64,000 nt of DNA from Clostridiales bacterium UBA7001 (GTDB taxonomy: Bacteria; Bacillota; Clostridia; TANB77; CAG-508). The translations under genes were made by a program, and so were the position numbers. Position 1 is the stretch's first letter; each line of letters starts with the position of its first letter. The notes beneath the pieces are model-generated. The model did not search any database and was not told the origin of the DNA. It saw nothing but the letters and a program-made list of their open reading frames with translations. The stretch spans positions 7,287 to 71,286 of the forward strand of contig DJXP01000019.1 of assembly GCA_002449785.1 (NCBI GenBank). The letters run 5' to 3'. Positions 35,302-45,840 of this stretch are shown one piece after another.

Positions 35302-35856
35302 ATGATTTTATATGTTGTAAGGCATGGTGAAACAAAATATAATAAATCTGGAATTTATAATGGACGTATAGATGAAGATATTAGTGATAATGGAATTATG
35401 CAAGCAGAAAAATTAAGAGAAGAAATGTATAATGTTTTATATGATAAAGTATATTGTTCTCCAATGATAAGGGCTAAACATACTTGTGATATTATTAATG
35501 TAAAAGGCATTAAGCCAATCTATGATGATAGACTTATTGAAAGAACTTTAGGAAAAATGGATGGACATGATATTGTTCAAAACGGATTTTCTTTATATGA
35601 TTTTTATAATTACTATTATAAATCAGATGACCCAATGTTTGAAGATTTTCCTACATTATTTAAAAGAGTTCATAATTTTCTAGATGAAATTATTAAAGAA
35701 AATGATAGTGATAGTAATATTTTAATTGTTGCGCATGGTGGGATTTTAAGAGCAATTTATTTTTATTTTAATACTATTCCTAGTGATGGAAATTTAGCAT
35801 CTGTTTATCCTAAAAGTGCTAATTGTGAGCTTATTAAATATGAGATCAATAAATAG
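35302..35856 (+). CDS. histidine phosphatase family protein (phosphoglycerate mutase-like)
   Basis: RHGETKYN catalytic motif at N-terminus, C-terminal AHGG; favoured start ATG 35302 after GGAGGG RBS (ORF track starts 35287). Confidence 0.7.
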   Translation: MILYVVRHGETKYNKSGIYNGRIDEDISDNGIMQAEKLREEMYNVLYDKVYCSPMIRAKHTCDIINVKGIKPIYDDRLIERTLGKMDGHDIVQNGFSLYDFYNYYYKSDDPMFEDFPTLFKRVHNFLDEIIKENDSDSNILIVAHGGILRAIYFYFNTIPSDGNLASVYPKSANCELIKYEINK

Positions 35857-35889
35857 GATGATGATGTTATTGGTTTTAAATGAATAGCG

Positions 35890-36255
35890 AAAAAATGGGA
35901 TAGTAATATTATGATTAAAAGATATGAAGCTGTTGCATAAGAAATTGATATTATTTATACTTCAATGACTTTGCATCATATAAAGGCTACTAAAGATATT
36001 GTAAAAAAGTTTTATAATTTATTAAATGAAAATGGCATTTTGTGTGTTATGGAATTAGATAAGGAAGATGGAAAATTTCATATGAATGAAATTGATTTTG
36101 ATGGACATAATGGTTTTGAACATAATGAAATGGAAGAAGCTTTTGAAAACACTGGATTTAAAAATATTAGATCCGAAACATTTTATCAGGATAAAAAAAT
36201 ATATAAAGATATAATTATTCCTTATTCTATGTTTTATGCAGTAGGTAAAAAATAG
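35890..36255 (+). pseudogene. 5-prime-truncated class I SAM-dependent methyltransferase remnant
   Basis: Surviving part EIDIIYTSMTLHHIKATKDIVKKFYNLLNENGILCVMEL is the post-motif-II part of a methyltransferase; in-frame TAA just upstream and no SAM-binding GxGxG region. Confidence 0.45.
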
Positions 36256-36312
36256 GATTTAAAAGAGGTATCAATTTAGATACCTCTTTTTGTTTGATAA
36301 TATTTTTTAAAA

Positions 36313-39300
36313 TTATTTCTTTATTTTTTCTTTAATCTTTTCTTCCTCTTGTACTACATTTTCAATTTCAATTGCTTTTAGGCTTTGTATATCTTTTTTT
36401 AGATTATCTTTTGCAACTGTTGTTAACAGTTTTATTCTATTTGTTTGATTTGTTTCACTTGCACCTGGATCATAATCAATAGGGGCAATGTTGGCATATG
36501 GATATTTTTCTCTAATTGTTTTTATAACGCCTTTTCCTACAACATGGTTTGGAAGACATGCAAATGGTTGAACACAAACGATGTTTGGAATACCATGTTC
36601 TATATATTCTACCATTTCTGCAGTTAAAAACCAACCTTCACCTGTTTGATTTCCAATTGATAATATATCCTTTACTTTTGTCTCAAGTTCAAATATATCA
36701 ACTGGAAGTAAATAATCTTTTTTTGATGTTTTTAATGCTTTTGTAAGTTCTCCTTCAATCATTTCTATAAGTTTTATAACAACTCCAAATATTTTGGCTT
36801 TTGTTTTATCTCTATTTAATAAAGTATTATTAGTAATTTTGTGTGTTGCTATAAATTTTATAAATCCCATAAAATCTGGTGAAATAACTTCAGCTCCTTC
36901 ATTTTCTAATACTTTTATTACTTCGTTATTTCCAAATGGATGATATTTTATTAATACTTCTCCAACTATACCTACTTTTGGTTTTTTAATAGATGTATCT
37001 AATTCTATTGTTTCAAAGTCATTTACCATTTCATAAATACTTTTCTTAAATTTTCCATATGAAGATTTACAGGTTAATGTTTTACATTTCTCTAACCATT
37101 TTTCATACATTTTTTGAGTTTCACCTTTGTTTTTCTCATATGCTCTGTTTTTAAGTAAAAGCTTTTGAAGCAAATCTCCATAAAATACCGCTTTTATAAG
37201 ATTAATTGCCATTGGAACTGTTATTTTAAATCCTGTCATTTTTTCCATTCCAACAACATTAAATGATATTATTGGAACATTTCCAAATCCAGCATCTTTT
37301 AATGCTTTTCTTATAAATCCAATATAGTTTGTTGCTCTACATCCACCACCAGTTTGAGACATAATAATAGCTGTTTTATTTGTATCATATTCACCTGATT
37401 GAAGAGCTTCTATAAATTGGCCTGTTGTTAAAATTGATGGGTAACATGCATCATTATTTACATATCGAAGTCCTGTTTCAACAGTATGTTCAGTACATTC
37501 TCTTAATAGTTTTACATTATATCCTAAGTCTTTTACAGCTGATTCTATTAGCTCAAAATGAATTGGTATCATTTGAGGAATTAAGATTGTATATTTACTA
37601 TCTTTCATTTCTTTTGTAAATGGAACTCTTTTTACTTCATAATTTCCAAGTTCTTTATTTTTTTCATTTACTATTTTTTCTTCTTCTTTAAGTTTAATAC
37701 GTCTATTCATACTTGCAAGAAGAGATCTTATACGTATACGAATAGCACCTAAATTATTTATTTCATCTATTTTTATTAATGTATACATATTATCATAGCT
37801 TTTTAATATTTCTTCTACTTGGTCTGTTGTAACAGCGTCAACACCACATCCAAAAGAATTTAATTGAACAAGTTCTAAGAAATCGTGTTTACCTACAAAT
37901 TCAGCCGCAGCATATAGTCTTGAATGGAATACCCATTGGTCTACTACTCTTAGATGTTTGCTTACTCCTTTTTCAGGATCTATTATACTATCTTCTGATA
38001 ATACACATAATCCTAAACTTGTAATTAAAGTATCTATACCATGATTTACTTCTGGGTCAACATGATATGGACGACCAGCTAAAACTATTCCTCTTAAATT
38101 GTTTTCTTTAATATATTTAATTGTTTCTTTTCCTTTTTTTCTTACATCTGCTTTAAATTTTTGATATTCTTCTTCTGCAGCTTCCGCAGCTTCTTTAATC
38201 TCTCTTTTAGTTAACTTATATTCTTTAAATTGTTCGCTTTCGTAAACTACTTTTACCAAATTTTTAATATCATCAATTGGTAAAAATGGATTTATATATT
38301 TTACATCTGAACTTCTTAATTCTTCAATATTATTTCTAATTACTTCAGAATAAGAAATAACAATAGGGCAGTTGTAATGATTATCTGATGTCTCATATTC
38401 TTGTCTTGAGTATGGAATACAAGGATAAAATATTGTTTTAATTCCTTGATTTAGTAGACTCATTACATGGCCATGTGCAAGTTTTGCAGGATAACATACA
38501 GATTCAGATGGCATAGATTCCATACCTTTTTCATATGTTTTTCTGTTACTTTTCTCAGATATTATTACTCTAAATCCGAGCTTAGTAAGGAATGTAAACC
38601 AAAAAGGATAATCCTCATACATGTTTAATACTCTTGGAATACCAATTGTTCCACGTTTTGCTTCAGATTCAGAAAGTGGTTCATATTTAAACAATCTTTC
38701 ATATTTATATTTATATATATTTGGTAAATCTTTTTTTTCAACAGTTTCGCCTGCACCTTTTTCACATCTATTTCCAGATATAAATCTTTTACCATTTTCA
38801 AATATATTTATAGTAAGTAAGCAGTGATTTTCACATCCTTGACATCTTACATGATTTACTTTTATTTTTAAGTTATCAATTTCTTCTGTTTTCATAATTG
38901 TTGAACGATAAGTCATATCTAAATTGCTATTATATTGTTCCTGAGCAAGTAAGGCTACACCATAAGCTCCCATAAGACCTGCTATATCTGGTCTTACAAC
39001 ATCTTTTCCAACTATTAATTCAAAAGCACGAAGAACTGCATCATTATAAAATGTTCCACCTTGAACCACAATATGTTCACCAAGTGTTGATACATCTCTT
39101 ACTTTCATAACTTTTTGTATAGCATTTTTTATTATTGAATATGATAATCCACTTGAGATATCTCCAACTGAATAACCTTCTTTTTGAGCTTGTTTAATTT
39201 TAGAGTTCATAAATACAGTACATCTAGAACCTAAGTCAACTGGAGCTTTTGATTCTATTGCTTCTTTTACAAAATTTTCTATAGGAAGATTTAAGCTTTT

Positions 39301-40671
39301 TGCAAAAGTCTCTAAAAATGATCCACATCCAGATGAACAAGCTTCATTTAGCATTATATTATCAATAGAATTATTTTTTAATTTTATGTATTTCATATCT
39401 TGGCCACCAATATCTATAATACTAGTAACTGATGGTAAGAATTTTTTGGCAGCTGTATAATGTGCAATAGTTTCAATTTCATTTAAATCAACATTTAGTG
39501 CTGTTTGTATTAGTTTTTCACCATATCCTGTAACACCGCTATATCTTAAAATTACATCTTTTGGTAGGTCTTTATATAATCTTTTAAGCATAGACATAAC
39601 GCTTTTTAGTGGATTCCCTTTGTTATTTTCATATAAAGAATATAAAAGAGCACCTTCTTTATCTATTAAAACTAATTTAGTAGTGGTTGAACCTGCATCT
39701 ATTCCTAAGAATGCATCTCCTGAATAATTTTTAAGCTCTTTTCTTTGAACTTTATCTTTATCATGTCTTTCTTTGAAGTCTTTATAATCTTTAGTGTCTT
39801 TAAATAAAGGATCAAGAGTTTTTCCACTTGTATATTTTGCATTTTTAAATTCTTTTAATTTTTTACTTAATTCATCTGTTGTAATAGTTTTTTGTTCTTT
39901 TGATGCAAGGGCAGCGCCTGTTGCAACAAGTAAATGTGCATTTTCTGGGACAATTATTTTATCTTCACTTAAATGAAGTGTTTCAATAAATCTATTTCTA
40001 AGTTCTGGTTGATATGTAAGTGGGCCACCTAAAAATGCAATTTTTCCACGAATAGGTCTTCCTTGAGCAAGACCACTTATTGTTTGATTTACAACTGCTT
40101 GATAAATAGATGCTGCAATATCTTCTTTTCTTGCACCTTCATTTAATAGAGGTTGAATATCAGTTTTTGCAAAAACACCACAACGAGAAGCAATTGGATA
40201 AATAGTTTCATATGTTTTTGCAAGTTCATTTAAACCATCTGTATCCGTATTTAAAAGTGATGCCATTTGGTCTAAAAATGCACCAGTTCCACCTGCACAA
40301 GTTCCATTCATTCTTTGTTCTATAAATTTATCAAAATATATAATTTTGGCATCTTCTCCACCAAGTTCTATTACGACATCTGTTTCAGGAATTAATTTTT
40401 CAACAGCAGATTTACATGCTATAACTTCTTGAATAAAACTTACTCCTAAAATTTTTGATATATCAAGAGCCCCAGAGCCTGTAAGTGATATTGTAAAAGT
40501 TTTATTTGGATAATCTTTTATGAATTTCATTAGTACATTATATAATGTAGTTTTTGTATCTGAAAAATGTCTCTCATAATTTGAATAAATTAGTTCTAAT
40601 TTATTATTTAAAATTACTATTTTTACTGTGGTTGAACCGATATCTAACCCAATATGTAATAAATCTTTCAT
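36313..40671 (-). CDS. acyl-CoA dehydratase activase-related fusion protein (two BadF/BadG/BcrA/BcrD ATPase domains plus HgdB-like CoA-substrate-specific enzyme activase domains)
   Basis: 1452 aa; repeated acetate/sugar-kinase fold ATPase signatures (IGLDIGSTTVK, LGIDAGSTTTK), Cys-rich regions; common in Clostridia. Confidence 0.75.
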   Translation of the reverse strand: MKDLLHIGLDIGSTTVKIVILNNKLELIYSNYERHFSDTKTTLYNVLMKFIKDYPNKTFTISLTGSGALDISKILGVSFIQEVIACKSAVEKLIPETDVVIELGGEDAKIIYFDKFIEQRMNGTCAGGTGAFLDQMASLLNTDTDGLNELAKTYETIYPIASRCGVFAKTDIQPLLNEGARKEDIAASIYQAVVNQTISGLAQGRPIRGKIAFLGGPLTYQPELRNRFIETLHLSEDKIIVPENAHLLVATGAALASKEQKTITTDELSKKLKEFKNAKYTSGKTLDPLFKDTKDYKDFKERHDKDKVQRKELKNYSGDAFLGIDAGSTTTKLVLIDKEGALLYSLYENNKGNPLKSVMSMLKRLYKDLPKDVILRYSGVTGYGEKLIQTALNVDLNEIETIAHYTAAKKFLPSVTSIIDIGGQDMKYIKLKNNSIDNIMLNEACSSGCGSFLETFAKSLNLPIENFVKEAIESKAPVDLGSRCTVFMNSKIKQAQKEGYSVGDISSGLSYSIIKNAIQKVMKVRDVSTLGEHIVVQGGTFYNDAVLRAFELIVGKDVVRPDIAGLMGAYGVALLAQEQYNSNLDMTYRSTIMKTEEIDNLKIKVNHVRCQGCENHCLLTINIFENGKRFISGNRCEKGAGETVEKKDLPNIYKYKYERLFKYEPLSESEAKRGTIGIPRVLNMYEDYPFWFTFLTKLGFRVIISEKSNRKTYEKGMESMPSESVCYPAKLAHGHVMSLLNQGIKTIFYPCIPYSRQEYETSDNHYNCPIVISYSEVIRNNIEELRSSDVKYINPFLPIDDIKNLVKVVYESEQFKEYKLTKREIKEAAEAAEEEYQKFKADVRKKGKETIKYIKENNLRGIVLAGRPYHVDPEVNHGIDTLITSLGLCVLSEDSIIDPEKGVSKHLRVVDQWVFHSRLYAAAEFVGKHDFLELVQLNSFGCGVDAVTTDQVEEILKSYDNMYTLIKIDEINNLGAIRIRIRSLLASMNRRIKLKEEEKIVNEKNKELGNYEVKRVPFTKEMKDSKYTILIPQMIPIHFELIESAVKDLGYNVKLLRECTEHTVETGLRYVNNDACYPSILTTGQFIEALQSGEYDTNKTAIIMSQTGGGCRATNYIGFIRKALKDAGFGNVPIISFNVVGMEKMTGFKITVPMAINLIKAVFYGDLLQKLLLKNRAYEKNKGETQKMYEKWLEKCKTLTCKSSYGKFKKSIYEMVNDFETIELDTSIKKPKVGIVGEVLIKYHPFGNNEVIKVLENEGAEVISPDFMGFIKFIATHKITNNTLLNRDKTKAKIFGVVIKLIEMIEGELTKALKTSKKDYLLPVDIFELETKVKDILSIGNQTGEGWFLTAEMVEYIEHGIPNIVCVQPFACLPNHVVGKGVIKTIREKYPYANIAPIDYDPGASETNQTNRIKLLTTVAKDNLKKDIQSLKAIEIENVVQEEEKIKEKIKK

Positions 40672-41192
40672 AAATTTTTTACCTCTTTAAATTATATTTT
40701 TACTATAAAAAAATATAATTACTTTCATAATATCATATATCTTATATCGTTTGTCGGAATTTGTCAATGTATATATTTTCCGTAAGAAAAAATAATTTTT
40801 GTAATAAAAAAGTATTGAGTTTGTTAGATGTTTTATAAATAGTAAGGGAAATAGTAAAACCAAAAATAGGGGATAATCTACCAGTAATAGTCTATAGCAT
40901 AATAGCATTATTAATAATAAATGTAATATTATGGTATAGAACAGAAAATGAGAATAAAGATGTAAAAAGAGAAAGAATGAAAATAAGCAGAATAGAAGGA
41001 AAAAGTTGTATACATAAAAACAAAAGTATAACAAATAAAGGGAAATAAGTAAATGTATTTAATAAAAGATTATCTATTGGAAAGAATTAAACTTTTAAAT
41101 AATTATTTAGTTTATTCAGTTGCATTAGGAATATCTAAAATTAAAATATAAAAATAAAGATTAAAGGATTTTTAAGTTATACTTAGAATCCT

Positions 41193-41852
41193 TTATACTT
41201 TTATTACATAATTTAGTACAAACCAGTAATGACAAAAGCTTCCAAGCATAACAAAAATATGAAAGATTTCGTGAAATCCAAATTGTTTAAATTTTGTTTT
41301 AGGAATTTTTAGTCCATAAATAATACCACCAATAGTATAAAATATTCCACCTAAAACAAGCCACAATAAGCTATAGAGTAAACCACTATTATTAAACACT
41401 TCAATTAATGGTTTAATAATAAGAAGAGCAAGCCACCCCATACCAATGTAAATTGATGTTGTAAGTCCACGTGGTGCAGAAATCCATATAGAAGAAAGAA
41501 TGGTTCCAAAAATAGCTAGAGTCCATACTACTCCAAATATACTCCATCCCCATGGACCTCTAAGTGGTCCCAAACAAACAGGAGTGTAGCTTCCAGCAAT
41601 TAAAATATAAATCATTATATGATCTAATTTTTTAAATACTTTAATTCCTTTTTCACTTATATTTAGCCAATGGTACAAAGTACTGAATAAGTACATTAAA
41701 ATAAGTGTTATTCCAAAAATAGTAAAAGAAACAATGTCATAGCTATCACCGAAAATTGATGCAAAGCAAATTAAAACAACAAGTCCTGCTAGTGATAAAA
41801 CAGCACCTATACAATGTGTAAGCCCACTCATAAAATCTCTAACTTTTGTCAT
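41193..41852 (-). CDS. hemolysin III family (PAQR) membrane protein
   Basis: Seven TM helices, HWLNISEKG and C-terminal FHEIFHIF His motifs. Confidence 0.7.
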   Translation of the reverse strand: MTKVRDFMSGLTHCIGAVLSLAGLVVLICFASIFGDSYDIVSFTIFGITLILMYLFSTLYHWLNISEKGIKVFKKLDHIMIYILIAGSYTPVCLGPLRGPWGWSIFGVVWTLAIFGTILSSIWISAPRGLTTSIYIGMGWLALLIIKPLIEVFNNSGLLYSLLWLVLGGIFYTIGGIIYGLKIPKTKFKQFGFHEIFHIFVMLGSFCHYWFVLNYVIKV

Positions 41853-42042
41853 ATTTATTTAATCATTCCTTTCTTAAAATGAAATTCTTCTTCAAACTTA
41901 TTTACCTCGAAATTAATTTTATAAATTATACATTATTTTCTTGTTGTACTCAAATATCTGAACACTTAGTCATATTTATACAGTTTAAAATAATGAATAT
42001 TTTTTATATTTAAGAATAGTATGTACAAAAGGAGGAAAAGCT

Positions 42043-42537
42043 ATGCAAAAATGGATAATTTTGATTGTTATTTGTGTAATTATTATTATAGGAGCTTTTG
42101 TAGTAATAAATATGGATGTGGAAACAGAGTATACTCCAGAAGGAGAAGTTGAAGAAGAAGAGCTTAGAAAAACATTAATTACTTTATATTTTAAAAATAA
42201 GGAAACAGGTGAACTTGGTAGTGAAACAAGATTAATAGATTCAAAAGAATTATTATTAGAACCTTATGAGAAATTTGTTAAACTTTTAACTCAAGGTCCT
42301 GAAAATGAAAAGTTTGAGAAAGTTATTCCAGAAAATGTAAATTATTCAAATATAGAATTTAAAAACGGATATGTTAATATTACTTTTTCTGATAATTTGT
42401 TAGACGAAAATATAAGTGATGAAACAAGGAAGCTTATGACAACAGCTATATATTATACATTAAGTAATTTAACTGAAGTAAATGGAATAAGAATTTTAGT
42501 AGGAGATAGTGTTATAGAAGAAATTCCTATACAGTAG
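42043..42537 (+). CDS. GerMN-domain (germination/sporulation-associated) lipoprotein-like protein
   Basis: N-terminal TM anchor followed by GerMN-like pattern (LYFKNKETGELGSETRLI ... NGIRILVGDSV). Confidence 0.5.
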   Translation: MQKWIILIVICVIIIIGAFVVINMDVETEYTPEGEVEEEELRKTLITLYFKNKETGELGSETRLIDSKELLLEPYEKFVKLLTQGPENEKFEKVIPENVNYSNIEFKNGYVNITFSDNLLDENISDETRKLMTTAIYYTLSNLTEVNGIRILVGDSVIEEIPIQ

Positions 42538-42637
42538 ATTATCCAGAAACCTCATTCTACTGTTTGTCTGACCTCTTGACAAAGATTTTTTAAAAAGGTA
42601 AAATCGAAGGTGTTAAATTTAAGAAAGAGGTAAAAAA

Positions 42638-44791
42638 GTGGAAAAAATATTTAAAAAAATAGCTGAAGAGTTAAAAATTAGAGATTCACAAGTTGAGGCA
42701 ACGGTAAAGTTAATAGATGAAGGAAATACAATTCCATTTATTGCACGTTATAGAAAAGAAGTAACAGGAAATTTAAGTGATGAAACATTAAGAGATTTAG
42801 GGGAAAGATTAACTTATTTAAGAAACTTAGAAAAAAGAAAAGAAGAAATAATAAGATTAATAGATGAGCAAGGAAAACTTACTGATGAACTTACAATAAA
42901 AATTGCTGGAACAATGGTTCTTTCGGAATTAGAAGATATTTATAGACCATATAAACCTAAAAAGAGAACAAGAGCAACTATTGCTAAAGAAAAAGGATTA
43001 GAGCCACTAGCCAATATTATATATTTACAAATGGAAAAAAGACCAATTATTGAAATTGCTAAAGAATTTATTAATGAAGAAAAAGATGTAAAAACAGAAG
43101 AAGATGCTATTGCAGGAGCACTAGATATTATTGCTGAAAACATTGCAGATGATGCAGATTATAGAAAAAGAATTAAATCATATTGTTTTAGAGAAGCTGT
43201 AATTACAAGTAAAGCTTCTAAAGAAGAAAAATCTCCATATGAAATGTATTATGATTTTAAAGAACCAATATTAAGAATACCAAGTCATAGGATTCTAGCT
43301 ATTAATAGAGGTGAAAAAGAAGAATTTTTAAAAGTAAAAGTTGAAAAACCAGAAGATAAAATATTAGACTATTTAAGAAAGCAAATTATTCAAGATAATA
43401 AAAGTCAGTTTAATGAGTTATTATCAAATGCAATTGAAGATTCTTATAAAAGATTAATTGAGCCTTCAATTGAAAGAGAAATAAGATCAGATTTAACAGA
43501 AAGATCTGAAGAAAAAGCAATAAAGGTATTTGGAAAAAATGCTAAACAATTATTACTTCAACCACCTATAAAAGATATGACAGTTATGGGATTTGACCCT
43601 GCATATAGAACAGGATGTAAAATTGCTGTAATCGATAAAACTGGGAAATTATTAGATACTGTTACAGTATATCCAACTGAGCCTCAAAATGATGTAGAGG
43701 GAGCAAAGAAAACATTAAAAGCATTAATTGAAAAATATAATGTTAATATGATTGCAATAGGAAACGGAACTGCTTCAAGAGAATCTGAAAACTTTGTATC
43801 AAATATGATAAAAGAAATAGATAAAGAGATTTATTATGCAATAGTTAGTGAAGCAGGAGCATCTGTGTATTCTGCATCAAAACTTGCAACAGAAGAGTAT
43901 CCAGATATAAATGTTTCTTTAAGAGGAGCAATTTCAATTGCAAGAAGACTTCAAGATCCACTTTCAGAACTTGTAAAAATAGACCCAAAAGCAATAGGAG
44001 TTGGTCAATATCAACATGATGTAAATCAAAAGAAACTATCTGAAAGCTTAACTGGTGTTGTAGAAGATGCGGTAAACTCTGTTGGCGTTGATGTAAATAC
44101 AGCAACTCCATCACTTTTATCATATGTGTCTGGAATAAATGGAACAATTGCTAAAAATATTGTTAAATATAGAGATGAACATGGAGAACTAAAATCTAGA
44201 AAAGAACTTTTAAAAGTTCCAAAACTTGGACCTGCAGCTTTTGAACAATGTGCAGGATTTATAAGAATATTTAACGGAAAAAATCCTCTAGAAGTAACAG
44301 CTGTTCACCCAGAAAGCTATGAAGTTGCTGAAAAGTTATTAACAAAACTTGGATATTCTGTGGAAAGTTTAACTAAAAAAGAAGAATTATCAAATTTAAG
44401 AAAAGATTTGGCAAAAGTTGATATTGTAAAAATGTCTGATGAGCTTGGCGTAGGGGGACTTACACTTAAAGATATTATTGATGAGCTTTCAAAACCAGGA
44501 AGAGACCCTAGAGAAGAAATGCCAAAACCAATTTTAAGAAGTGATGTTTTAAAATTTGAAGATTTAAGAGAAGGAATGGAGCTTACTGGAACAGTTAGAA
44601 ATGTAATAGATTTTGGAGCATTTATTGATATCGGTGTTAAACATGATGGCTTAGTACATATTTCTGAAATGGCAGATAGATTTATAAAAAATCCTTCAGA
44701 AGTAGTTTCTGTTGGAGATATTGTAAAAGTTAAAGTTATTGGAATAGATAATGAAAAACAAAAAGTTAGTTTAAGTATGAAAGTGGACTAG
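42638..44791 (+). CDS. tex: transcription accessory protein Tex (YqgF/RNase H-like, HhH and S1 domains)
   Basis: 717 aa, GTG start; S1 domain at C-terminus (GTVRNVIDFGAFIDIGVKHDGLVHISE). Confidence 0.85.
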   Translation: MEKIFKKIAEELKIRDSQVEATVKLIDEGNTIPFIARYRKEVTGNLSDETLRDLGERLTYLRNLEKRKEEIIRLIDEQGKLTDELTIKIAGTMVLSELEDIYRPYKPKKRTRATIAKEKGLEPLANIIYLQMEKRPIIEIAKEFINEEKDVKTEEDAIAGALDIIAENIADDADYRKRIKSYCFREAVITSKASKEEKSPYEMYYDFKEPILRIPSHRILAINRGEKEEFLKVKVEKPEDKILDYLRKQIIQDNKSQFNELLSNAIEDSYKRLIEPSIEREIRSDLTERSEEKAIKVFGKNAKQLLLQPPIKDMTVMGFDPAYRTGCKIAVIDKTGKLLDTVTVYPTEPQNDVEGAKKTLKALIEKYNVNMIAIGNGTASRESENFVSNMIKEIDKEIYYAIVSEAGASVYSASKLATEEYPDINVSLRGAISIARRLQDPLSELVKIDPKAIGVGQYQHDVNQKKLSESLTGVVEDAVNSVGVDVNTATPSLLSYVSGINGTIAKNIVKYRDEHGELKSRKELLKVPKLGPAAFEQCAGFIRIFNGKNPLEVTAVHPESYEVAEKLLTKLGYSVESLTKKEELSNLRKDLAKVDIVKMSDELGVGGLTLKDIIDELSKPGRDPREEMPKPILRSDVLKFEDLREGMELTGTVRNVIDFGAFIDIGVKHDGLVHISEMADRFIKNPSEVVSVGDIVKVKVIGIDNEKQKVSLSMKVD

Positions 44792-44875
44792 AGGGACGTT
44801 CCTTAAAGTCCAGATTTTAGGACTATTGGGACACTCTTTATAAATAAAAAACTATAAAGAGTGTTTCTTTTTATT
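44792..44875. repeat. hairpin-rich intergenic repeat, copy A (second copy, inverted, at 62283-62354)
   Basis: GAGGGACGTTCC...AGTCCAGATTTTAGGACT...GGGACACTCTTTATA-loop-TATAAAGAGTGTTTC; shares GGGACACTCTTT, AGTCCAG..GGACT and GGACGTTC blocks with copy B. Confidence 0.5.
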
Positions 44876-45039
44876 TGACTTTTCTTATAAAAAATGCTAA
44901 TATAATTATATTTTCAGGAGGTGAATACCATTATTTTTATATCACTATTTATTTTTATTCTGTCATTTTTAATAATTAGAAAAGTATTAATTAAATTCTT
45001 ATCAAGTCAAATTAAAAGAAAAATAAAAACTAATAAAAA

Positions 45040-45840
45040 TTAAATTTTTATTAGTTTACCTGGTTCATTTCTACTAGCTACACTAAGCTTAATTTCATTT
45101 ATGTCTGAATTATTATTCATAAGTTCTTCTGCAACTGTTTGGTATGCAAGTTCTGGAAAATTATTTTCTTTACTTAAATGCCCAAGCATAACTTCTTTTA
45201 ATCCTTTTTTCATTAAGACAGATATTGTTTTCCCTGCTGTTTCGTTAGATAAATGCCCAGAAGGACCAGCTATACGTCTTTTTAAATTAAAAGGATATCT
45301 TGAAACTTTTAAGATTTCAGGATCATAGTTTGACTCTAATAGAATAAAAGAACTTTGTTCTAAATTGTCTATAATAAAATTATCCATATGTCCTAAATCT
45401 GTTGCAATACTAAGTTTCTTTTTACCATTATGTATAGTAAATCCACATGGATTAGCAGCATCATGTGGAGTACTAAATGGATGAATAGTTAAGTCATTTA
45501 AAATAAAGTCTTCATCATTAGTAAAATAATTTATATTTTTTTCATCAATTTTTTCTTTTTGTTTTGGCATTGCTTGCCATGTTTCTATGTTAGCATATAC
45601 AGGAATATTATATTTTTTAGATATCATTCCTAAACTTTGCACATGGTCACTATGTTCATGCGTTATAAGTATTGCATTAATATTTTCGATTGAATTATCT
45701 ATTGAATTTAAACCATCACATATTTTTTTGCCACTTACGCCACAATCTACTAAAATTTTTGTGCTTTTTGTGCTAACAAATAAACAATTTCCAGAACTGC
45801 CACTGTATAAGCTACAAAACTCTAACATTTTATTCCTCAA
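45040..45840 (-). CDS. MBL-fold metallo-hydrolase (YycJ/WalJ-like)
   Basis: ITHEHSDH metal-binding motif. Confidence 0.7.
   Translation of the reverse strand: MRNKMLEFCSLYSGSSGNCLFVSTKSTKILVDCGVSGKKICDGLNSIDNSIENINAILITHEHSDHVQSLGMISKKYNIPVYANIETWQAMPKQKEKIDEKNINYFTNDEDFILNDLTIHPFSTPHDAANPCGFTIHNGKKKLSIATDLGHMDNFIIDNLEQSSFILLESNYDPEILKVSRYPFNLKRRIAGPSGHLSNETAGKTISVLMKKGLKEVMLGHLSKENNFPELAYQTVAEELMNNNSDINEIKLSVASRNEPGKLIKI

Noticed and set aside
40687-41034. 115 aa minus-strand ORF rich in Phe/Leu
   Set aside because: It is a low-complexity translation of a purine-rich spacer. It has no RBS and lies in the terminator/leader region between the activase and hemolysin III genes.
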